DNA of 64,000 bases, taken from the IMG/VR virus record IMGVR_UViG_3300042447_000691, one strand, 5' to 3'. The first letter of the stretch is position 1; every line of letters begins with the position of its first letter. Below the pieces are notes generated by a model, which was given only the letters and a program-made list of their open reading frames with translations, had not been told where the DNA came from and did not search any database. The translations under genes were made by a program, and so were the position numbers. Positions 49,629 through 58,600 of the stretch are shown in pieces. The DNA comes from a virus.

Positions 49629-51488
49629 ATGGATATTTCGCAAAAAATATTAAGTGACATTACTGTCTTTATGAAATACGCTAAGTTTCAACCCGAAAAG
49701 AATCGGAGAGAGACTTGGGAAGAGTTGGTAACTCGTAACAAAGAGATGCACCAACGTAAGTACCCCCACATTAAAGATGAGATAGAGGAGGTATATAAAA
49801 TGGTATACGACAAGAAAGTATTACCATCAATGAGATCATTACAATTTGGAGGTAAACCAATTGAGATTTCACCAAACAGAGTTTACAACTGCGCATATAT
49901 GCCAATTGACCACGTTGACTCATTCTCTGAAACAATGTTTTTACTTTTAGGTGGAACAGGTGTTGGATACTCAGTTCAAAAACATCACGTTGAAAAATTA
50001 CCTGATGTTAAAAAACCAAATCCTGATAGAACAAGAAGATACCTAATTGGTGATTCTATTGAAGGATGGGCAGATGCCATTAAAGTATTGATGGAATCAT
50101 ATTTAGGTTACAAATCGTCAACACCTGTATTTGACTTTTCAGATATCAGACAAAAAGGTGCGATGCTTGTAACATCAGGAGGAAAGGCACCAGGACCTCA
50201 ACCATTAAAAGATTGTATTCACCACATAACAAAAGTGTTGGATAACAAAAAAGATGGTGAAAAATTAACACCGATCGAAACTCACGATATTGTATGTCAT
50301 ATTGCAGATGCAGTACTTGCAGGTGGTATTAGAAGAGCAGCACTTATCTCATTATTCTCGGCTGATGATGAAGAAATGATTTCTTGTAAATCAGGAAGTT
50401 GGTGGGAACAAAACGCACAAAGAGGTAGAGCAAATAACTCAGCAGTACTTCTTCGTCACAAAATTACAAAAGAATTCTTTATGGATTTATGGAAACGTAT
50501 TGAGTTATCAGGAGCAGGAGAACCAGGAATCTACTTATCTAACGATAAAGATTGGGGAACTAATCCATGTTGTGAAATCGCACTACGACCTTTTCAATTC
50601 TGTAACTTATGTGAAGTAAATGCGTCTGATATTGAATCACAAGAGGACTTCGATAAAAGAGTTAGAGCGGCGGCGTTCATTGGAACATTACAAGCCGGAT
50701 ACACTGACTTTCATTACCTAAGAGATATTTGGAAAAGAACGACTGAAAAAGATGCACTTATTGGTGTTGGGATGACAGGTATTGGTTCAGGGGTTGTTTT
50801 AGGGTATGATATGAAAAAAGCCGCTAAGGCGGTTAAAGAAGAAAACGAAAGAGTTGCAACACTTATTGGGATTAATAAATCAGCAAGAACGACAACTGTT
50901 AAGCCATCAGGTACCTCATCATTGGTATTGGGGACATCATCAGGTATTCACGCTTGGCATAATGACTTCTATTTAAGAAGAATCCGTGTAGGTAAAAACG
51001 AATCAATCTATTCTTATTTAGCGATTAATCACCCTGAGTTGATTGAAGATGAGTTTTTCCGTCCTCACGATACTGCAGTTATTGGTATACCACAAAAAGC
51101 ACCCGAAGGAGCAATTATAAGACACGAGTCTGTATTCCAAATGTTAGAAAGAGTTAAAAAAGTATCTCAAGAATGGATTAAACCTGGACATAGAAACGGA
51201 CAAAATTCTCACAACGTATCTGCAACCGTTTCAATTAAAGAAGATGAGTGGGACTTGGTAGGTGAATGGATGTGGAATAACAGAGATTTTTATAATGGAC
51301 TTTCTGTATTACCATACAACGGAGGTTCGTATACCCAGGCCCCGTTTTCCGATTGTACAAAAGAAGAATACGAAAACTTAGTAAAAACATTAACTAATAT
51401 TGATCTTACTAAAGTAATTGAGTTACAAGATAACACCGACCTACGAGGAGAATTGGCTTGTGCGAACGGATCTTGCGAGATAATTTAA
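49629..51488 (+). CDS. nrdJ: Class II (adenosylcobalamin-dependent) ribonucleotide reductase, monomeric RTPR-like
   Basis: NPCCEI, TVKPSGT, GGIRRAA, C-terminal CANGSC pair; no ATP cone; no beta subunit adjacent. Confidence 0.88.
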   Translation: MDISQKILSDITVFMKYAKFQPEKNRRETWEELVTRNKEMHQRKYPHIKDEIEEVYKMVYDKKVLPSMRSLQFGGKPIEISPNRVYNCAYMPIDHVDSFSETMFLLLGGTGVGYSVQKHHVEKLPDVKKPNPDRTRRYLIGDSIEGWADAIKVLMESYLGYKSSTPVFDFSDIRQKGAMLVTSGGKAPGPQPLKDCIHHITKVLDNKKDGEKLTPIETHDIVCHIADAVLAGGIRRAALISLFSADDEEMISCKSGSWWEQNAQRGRANNSAVLLRHKITKEFFMDLWKRIELSGAGEPGIYLSNDKDWGTNPCCEIALRPFQFCNLCEVNASDIESQEDFDKRVRAAAFIGTLQAGYTDFHYLRDIWKRTTEKDALIGVGMTGIGSGVVLGYDMKKAAKAVKEENERVATLIGINKSARTTTVKPSGTSSLVLGTSSGIHAWHNDFYLRRIRVGKNESIYSYLAINHPELIEDEFFRPHDTAVIGIPQKAPEGAIIRHESVFQMLERVKKVSQEWIKPGHRNGQNSHNVSATVSIKEDEWDLVGEWMWNNRDFYNGLSVLPYNGGSYTQAPFSDCTKEEYENLVKTLTNIDLTKVIELQDNTDLRGELACANGSCEII

Positions 51489-51494
51489 CATTAG

Positions 51495-51532
51495 AAAAGT
51501 AAGGAATTTATTAAAAGTTCCTTACTTTTTTT
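51495..51532 (+). terminator. Intrinsic terminator after nrdJ
   Basis: AAAAGTAAGGAA...TTCCTTACTTTT 12-bp stem plus T-run. Confidence 0.85.
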
Positions 51533-51575
51533 ATTTCACAATATATTTATATATAATAACAAATACTTGTGAAAT

Positions 51576-52187
51576 ATGAAAAAAATTGAAATGATTGGTA
51601 AAGTTTTTGGAAAACTTAAAGTAGTTGAAGAACTAAAAAAGAATAAAAATGGACACATAAGATATGGATGTGAATGTGAATGTGGTAATATAACAGAAGT
51701 TTTTGGGACTCACCTACGTAGCGGTAGTATAATTTCTTGTGGTTGTAAAAATAGAATAAATAAAGAGGGAGGTATTAATGGTGATTTATGGTATAACATA
51801 ACTAATTATAAAACATCTAAAAGAGCAAACAGAAGAAATTTAGATTTTAATTTAACCAAAGAATATATTTATGACTTATTTAAAAAACAAAGTGGTAAAT
51901 GTAATTTATCTGGAATTAATATCAAATTACCTATTAGTTGGAATGATAAATCATATACTGCATCATTAGATAGAATAGATAGTAAAAATGGTTATGTTAT
52001 TGGAAATGTACAATGGGTTCATAAACACATAAATGTAATGAAAAATATTTTCAATCAAGATATGTTTATTTTTCTATGTAATCAAGTAACAAAAAATAAC
52101 AAATTAGTTGATTTTGATATTAAAAAAATTGATGAATTTAAATGGGGTTTAAATACAAAATATTATGAAAGCACAATGGGGAAATAA
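51576..52187 (+). mobile_element. Free-standing HNH-type homing endonuclease gene
   Basis: N-terminal GKVFGKL.V...CECECG...SCGC and C-terminal SLDRIDS..GY..GNVQWV...N.MK; visibly more AT-rich than nrdJ. Confidence 0.8.
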
Positions 52188-52245
52188 TATAACGCTAACA
52201 TACCAAGTATTGTTGGCGTTTTATAATCAAAGAAAAACTAACTAA
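52165..52245 (+). CDS. Small ORF (26 aa)
   Basis: MKAQWGNNITLTYQVLLAFYNQRKTN*; A-rich start context; stop 1 nt before the next ATG. Confidence 0.5.
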   Translation: MKAQWGNNITLTYQVLLAFYNQRKTN

Positions 52246-52246
52246 A

Positions 52247-52471
52247 ATGAATGTAGGAGCATCTAAAGATTGGATACAACAACAATACGTTAGAGAGTTT
52301 GGGCCAAAACTACAATCAAACGAGTACTATTACGATAAAGAAGGTAGAATGGTTATGACTGAAGAATATCATACACGTAGAGGTAGTTGTTGTGGTAACG
52401 GATGTTTAAAATGTCCGTACGAACCCATACACGAAAAAGGAAATAAAGTTTTACAAGAATCCCGACATTAA
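52247..52471 (+). CDS. Small Cys-rich protein (DUF5522-like)
   Basis: RRGSCCGNGCLKCPY. Confidence 0.75.
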   Translation: MNVGASKDWIQQQYVREFGPKLQSNEYYYDKEGRMVMTEEYHTRRGSCCGNGCLKCPYEPIHEKGNKVLQESRH

Positions 52472-52487
52472 GTTGGGATTTTTTTTT
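52458..52487 (+). terminator. Intrinsic terminator
   Basis: AATCCCGAC-ATTAA-GTTGGGATT plus T-run. Confidence 0.8.
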
Positions 52488-52515
52488 ACAGTATATTTAT
52501 ATATAAAATATTATA

Positions 52516-53280
52516 ATGAGAAAAATTATTAAACTCACAGAGGATGATTTAACAACAATTATTAAAAGAGTCTTAAAAGAAGGTCCTTTTGAAGAAATAG
52601 GGAGGTTAGGGTCTGAAGCCGCTAAGAAAATCGCTGACCAACTAACTAAAAGTGTACAACAAAAAAAAGACGGTCCAATTAATACCAGTAAATCAACATA
52701 CGATAAAAGTACTGACGTAATCAATAAAGACTTACCTGAGTTTACAATAACAGCAAAAAAACCACAAACAGTAAGTGGAGGATCATATATATTAGACATG
52801 AATAACCCCAACTCAAAAGATATTACAGTAATATGGGGAGGGATGCCAAGTTCACAATACGGAGCTAAATTTATGAAAAAAGAAGGTAAGGGACTTTTTA
52901 CTAATAAAAATGTTATATATAGTAATTACGAAAATTCTCTTAGCACATTAAAAGGTATCCTTAAAAATAATGGTGTTAAAGATTTTAGAATTAAATCTGT
53001 TAGTGGATTCTCAAGAGGAGGAATCAATGTGTGGGGAGAACTTAAAGGTGGATATGACTTTGTGGGGTTAATTGACCCATCAACACCAACACTATATAAA
53101 AGTTTACCTAACAACGCTAAAATGATATCTAGATGGGAAAATTGGGGTTGTTGTCCGTCGTATAGAGCTTATCTTAAACAAATGGAAAAAAGCGGATTAT
53201 CAAAAAGAATTGAAGCATCATATTATAACCATTTAGAAATGCCAAAAATATTTTTTCAAAAATATTCTAGTTCAATGTAA
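52516..53280 (+). CDS. Alpha/beta hydrolase-fold protein with N-terminal leader
   Basis: Nucleophile elbow GFSRGG, GLIDPS, C-terminal NH; WGG oxyanion candidate. Confidence 0.65.
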   Translation: MRKIIKLTEDDLTTIIKRVLKEGPFEEIGRLGSEAAKKIADQLTKSVQQKKDGPINTSKSTYDKSTDVINKDLPEFTITAKKPQTVSGGSYILDMNNPNSKDITVIWGGMPSSQYGAKFMKKEGKGLFTNKNVIYSNYENSLSTLKGILKNNGVKDFRIKSVSGFSRGGINVWGELKGGYDFVGLIDPSTPTLYKSLPNNAKMISRWENWGCCPSYRAYLKQMEKSGLSKRIEASYYNHLEMPKIFFQKYSSSM

Positions 53281-53319
53281 CTCTTTATTCAAAATTGACT
53301 TCCTCTATATTTATTTTAT

Positions 53320-53784
53320 ATGGCAGACGGAATTACTTATGGTATAAATTTTCCCTTTAGACAAAGTGAAAAAGGTTTTTATTTGTCTATTTCTGAAGAA
53401 TCTTCAGAAGAGATAAGAAGTAACCTATTACATTTAATATTAACAAAAAAAGGGACTAGATATTATTTACCTGATTTTGGTACAAGAATCTATGAATTTA
53501 TTTTTGAACCATTAGATGGTGAGACGTTCGATAGTATTAGATCCGACATTGAGCAACAGGTTGCAAAATACATACCTAACCTAACTATAAATAATATCAC
53601 CATTGAACCATATTTAGAAAGCGATGAGGCTCCCGGTGATTTAAATTATGAACTTTTAGGTCAGGCTAGTATATATAGAATACCCGGACAAAACACTGGT
53701 GAATACACCGCTAAACTTAAAATAGACTACACTGACGAAGCTAAGGCTTTTGGAAGTCGAGAGTTCGTTATAATTAATTTATAA
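53320..53784 (+). CDS. Baseplate wedge protein (gp25-like)
   Basis: GINFPF, LLHLILTKKGTRYYLPDFGTRIYEFIFEP. Confidence 0.9.
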   Translation: MADGITYGINFPFRQSEKGFYLSISEESSEEIRSNLLHLILTKKGTRYYLPDFGTRIYEFIFEPLDGETFDSIRSDIEQQVAKYIPNLTINNITIEPYLESDEAPGDLNYELLGQASIYRIPGQNTGEYTAKLKIDYTDEAKAFGSREFVIINL

Positions 53785-53785
53785 A

Positions 53786-55627
53786 ATGGCAAATAATAGG
53801 ATAAACTATACGGAGAGAGATTTTGAGGGGTTAAGACAAGACCTTATTAATTACACAAAACAGTATTATCCGGAACTGATACAGAATTTTAATGACGCAT
53901 CAGTTTATTCTGTATTAATGGATTTAAATGCGGCAATTGCTGACAACTTACATTTCCACATAGATAGGAGTATACAAGAAACTGTATTACAATATGCACA
54001 ACAAAGATCATCGATTTATAATATAGCAAGAACATATGGTTTAAAAATCCCCGGATATAGACCATCGGTTGCTCTTGTTGACGTGTCAATCACGGTACCA
54101 CCATTAGGGGATTCGGAAGATACAAGATATTTAGGAATTTTAAGGGCAGGAGCACAAATCAATGGGGGAGGTACGACGTTTGAAACCGTATATGATATTG
54201 ACTTCTCAACACAATACAACCAAGAAGGGTTTGTTAACAGAACTAAAATACCAACGTTTGATGCCAATAACAAAATCATAAATTATGTTATCACAAAAAG
54301 AGAAGTGGTTGTTAATGGATTTACTAAGGTGTTTAAAAAAGTTATTAACCCTGTAGATGCGGTTCCATTCTTTAACTTATTTTTACCTGAAAGGAATGTT
54401 TTAGGTGTTGCTACAGTAATACAAAAAGATGGAACATCATATCCTGGTACCCCCACGTTTCAAGATTTTTTAAATGCGACAGATAATAAGTGGTATGAGG
54501 TTGATGCCTTGGCTGAGGACACTATCTTCATTGAAGATCAAACAAAACCGGTGGATAATGCGGGTGTTAAGGTAGGTAGGTATTTAAAAACAGATCAAAG
54601 ATTTATAACTGAATACACACCTGAAGGGTTTATGAAGGTACAGTTTGGTGGAGGAACGACAACACCAAACGAACAATTAAAAAACTTTACTAACACTGGA
54701 GTTCCATTAGATATAAACAACTATCAAAATAACATTGGATTGGGGTTAACTGTTAGACCTAACACTACAATATTTATACAGTATCGAGTTGGTGGAGGTT
54801 TAGCGACAAATGTGGGGGTTGGTGTTATAAACCAAATTGGGTCTGTAGAATTGTCGGTTACAGGACCATCAGATTCAATAAATAGAAATGTTGTTCAGTC
54901 ACTCACTTGTAATAATGTTACTGCAGCAATTGGAGGAGCAAACCCACCATCTACCGAAGAAGTTAGAAATATGGTTTCATTTAATTTTTCGTCACAAAAA
55001 AGGGCGGTAACAATAAACGATTATAAATCTATTATTGATACAATGCCTGGTAGGTTTGGTGCACCAGCTAAAGTTTCTATAACAGAAAAGAATAATAAAA
55101 TTAACGTACAAATACTATCTTACGACACAATAGGTAAACTAACACAGGTTGTTTCAAACAACTTAAAAACAAATTTAGCAACCTACCTATCAAAATATAG
55201 AATGATAAACGACTACGTTGCTCTTGACGTTGCTAAGGTTGTGGATTTGGAGTTTGAGATATTTGTTGTTTTAGATTCCTCACAGAATCAAGGACAGACA
55301 GTTACGCAAATAATTGATCAAGTATCAAACTATATGAATCCAAAAAATCGAGAACTTGGTCAAAATGTGAACGTATCGGACGTTAGACGATTAATCCAAA
55401 ATAGTGCGGGGGTGATATCACTATCCGAACTTAAAGTTTATAACAAGGTTGGGGGACAATACTCATCGTCTCAAACGTCCCAAAGATTTATTGATACGGC
55501 AACCAAACAAATTGAATTAATAGACGACACAGTATTTGCTGAGCCGGATCAAATATACCAAATAAGATTCGACAATAAAGACATTAAAGTAAGGGTTAAA
55601 AACCTTAAATCGGTAGACTTCTCATAA
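53786..55627 (+). CDS. Baseplate wedge protein (gp6/baseplate J-like)
   Basis: YTERDFEGLRQDL, DFNDAS-like FNDAS, YRVGGG...NVG, QKRAVTINDY. Confidence 0.88.
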   Translation: MANNRINYTERDFEGLRQDLINYTKQYYPELIQNFNDASVYSVLMDLNAAIADNLHFHIDRSIQETVLQYAQQRSSIYNIARTYGLKIPGYRPSVALVDVSITVPPLGDSEDTRYLGILRAGAQINGGGTTFETVYDIDFSTQYNQEGFVNRTKIPTFDANNKIINYVITKREVVVNGFTKVFKKVINPVDAVPFFNLFLPERNVLGVATVIQKDGTSYPGTPTFQDFLNATDNKWYEVDALAEDTIFIEDQTKPVDNAGVKVGRYLKTDQRFITEYTPEGFMKVQFGGGTTTPNEQLKNFTNTGVPLDINNYQNNIGLGLTVRPNTTIFIQYRVGGGLATNVGVGVINQIGSVELSVTGPSDSINRNVVQSLTCNNVTAAIGGANPPSTEEVRNMVSFNFSSQKRAVTINDYKSIIDTMPGRFGAPAKVSITEKNNKINVQILSYDTIGKLTQVVSNNLKTNLATYLSKYRMINDYVALDVAKVVDLEFEIFVVLDSSQNQGQTVTQIIDQVSNYMNPKNRELGQNVNVSDVRRLIQNSAGVISLSELKVYNKVGGQYSSSQTSQRFIDTATKQIELIDDTVFAEPDQIYQIRFDNKDIKVRVKNLKSVDFS

Positions 55628-55699
55628 GAATGTTTATTTTGTTTTTATCTAACCTACCTTTAAAAATACATACATAACTATTTATTTTTAAAAGAAAAG

Positions 55700-58600
55700 A
55701 TGACCAAAAGCTATAGGTTAAGAACTGAAATTGGTACCGATAAAAATATCAGAATAAATATAAACCAAGACTTTGATTTTTTAGAGATACTTTCTTTAAA
55801 ATTAAGACAGGGTGATGTTTATACTCGATTTTGTGCAGACTACGGTGTAGTTGCCGGTAGAGTAATCGTTAATGGGGGTTACGGAGTACCAAACGCTAGC
55901 GTTTCTATTTTTATACCATTAGATCAGATTGACGAAACCGATCCCGTTATTTCCTCATTATATCCATATAAAAAACCCGCAGATAAAAACGAGGACGGGT
56001 ATAGGTATAATTTATTACCATACAAACAAACATTCGGAGGACACACACCGACAGGGACATTTCCCGAAAAAGACGATGTATTAACTAGGTCTGAGGTTTT
56101 GGAGGTGTATGAAAAATACTATAAGTACACAACAAAGACTAACGATAGTGGTGATTTTATGATTATTGGTGTACCTTTAGGTGTACAAACAATAGTTATG
56201 GATCTCGATTTATCCGATATGGGGTGTTTTTCGTTAAGACCAAAAGACTTAATACGGGTGGGTCTTGGTGCTGAAGAACAATTTAACGGTGAAAAATTTA
56301 AATCATCTGAGGATTTATCTTCACTACCACAAATTGTGAATTTTGTAAGAAACATAGACGTAACACCATTTTGGGGTGAAGAAGATTTATGTAATATTGG
56401 AATAACAAGAACTGACTTTGACCTTAGAGATTTAGGTGTTGAAGTTAAACCACAAGCAATTTTTATGGGATCTTTGTTTTCAACATCTAACGAAGATTTT
56501 TTAAGAAGTAATTGTAAACCAAAAAAAGATGTTGGTAACCTTTGTAATTTAGAAACAGGACCAGGTAAAATATTATCAATAAGACAGACAATAGATTATG
56601 ATAGTAGTGGACAACCAATATTAGAACAACACAGTTTACCTAATGGTGGTAAAATTATAGATGAAGACGGTACATGGTTAGTGGAAGTGCCGATGAACCT
56701 TGATTACGTAACCACTAACGAGTTTGGTGAACAAGTAATATCTAACGACCCATCTGTCGGAATACCAACAAAAGGTAAATACAGATTTAGAGTACAGTAC
56801 CAAAACGAAGATCCGGAAAATACAACTGTAGAAAGAGGTGATTATTTGGTACCAAACATTAGAGAGTATGGTTGGACTAACACCGGTAAATATGAAGATG
56901 TTGATACATCATTACAACTAAAATCTTATGCGTTTAGTTTAGATTGGAACGACTATGCTGATCCACAAGCAGCGATTAATTGTGAAGATTACTTTTATGA
57001 GTTTAATTTTAATAAAGTTTATACTGTAGCAAATTTTATCGATAGATTTAAGTGGGGATATAATAGATCAAGACATTTAGGGATAAAAGAGATTGATAGT
57101 AAAGATTGTAATCAGATAAATAAATTACCAGTTAATGACGGGGTAAGAAATTTTGATTCTATATTTTTCTTAATGATGTTTTTAATAACCATCGTTTCTT
57201 TATTAGTGCCGACTATTTTAACTATATTACACGTATTAGCCCTTTTATATCCAATATTTAGAGTGATTATTAATTTATTTATATGGTTAATTAATACGTT
57301 TATTTATTCAATATGTATTGTGGTTGCAATACTATCCCCTCGATTAAGGAAAGATGACTGTAAAAAACAAAACATTAAACCATTATCAAAAACAAACCCA
57401 TTTAAAAGAATCTCATTACCAATGATGTCTTATCCTGATTGTGAGTCTTGCCCATGTACCGAACAAGATCTTGATACGTCTAGTGATACTGAAAATGATA
57501 TTTACACAATAACTGTTGGTAATTACAGTATTTTGTCGAATTTAACTAGTGTTGACACTTACTCAAAATTAAATACAAGTATAGATCCTGATAATGAAAA
57601 TTTAAACATAGCATTTAGACAGTTCCTTTCTGGATATCAACCACAGGGAGACGCATTCGACCGATTAAATAAAGTACCTTTCGCTTCTCACGATTTTACA
57701 CCAGGTTGGGGTAAAGCACCTTACGATGTGTCGTTAGCTCAATCGATAAACATGGCAAACATGAGAGAGAGATATTTTCAGGGTGAAAACATAATTCAAA
57801 CCACAGTATATAACACACCACCTAATAGTAATGTACCACAACCCTCAACACCATTTACTGATAATGTATTGGTTTTATTATGTGATTCTCAAACAATATC
57901 AAACATAAATCCGGGACAATTATTAACATTTAATAGTCTTGATAATATAAACGACCCAAATACAACCGGATTAACTAGTGGAAATCAATTTAATACAACT
58001 GCGATTACAGGATCCACACCATATAATGCTAATAACTTGGTGAATAAACCCGTTACTTATATTAAACAAGATGGGACGGTGGACACCGTCAACTTAAAAC
58101 TATTAATCACATCTGACGGTAAAGAATATAATTTTAAATCAGGAACAGAGTACTTTCAACTAATAACTGGTGGAACCGTATCACAAATGTCTGGGTTAAC
58201 CGTGTCTTCAAATAGTGGACTACTTAGAAAGTATATTTTTAATAAAACTCAAAGATTAGAAGACTGGCCAACATTTGGAACTCAACAAACTTCTTATTTA
58301 TTTGTAAAAGACCAAGTAGACGGTTTTAATGATTTGGAGGTTCTGATACTAGTCAAAGGTGTTGATCCCTATACCGATAAACAAAACATAAGATATGATT
58401 TATCAAAATTATTTGGTTATAGTAATTTTGGTTTAGGACCGGTAATTGAAGGTCAATACTACTTAAATATTCCAATCCAACCAAATACGGTAACAACACC
58501 GGTCGGAGCACCTTCATGGTGGAATGATTTTAAAACTCCCGAATCGCACTTAGTTACTAACAATAGTAACGTGGCACTATACCACCAACCGTTTGGTTTT

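Noticed and set aside
12813-51488. Inteins or introns in PolB, helicases, RecA or NrdJ
   Set aside because: Motif spacing looks normal, and no splice-junction motifs or LAGLIDADG inserts were seen
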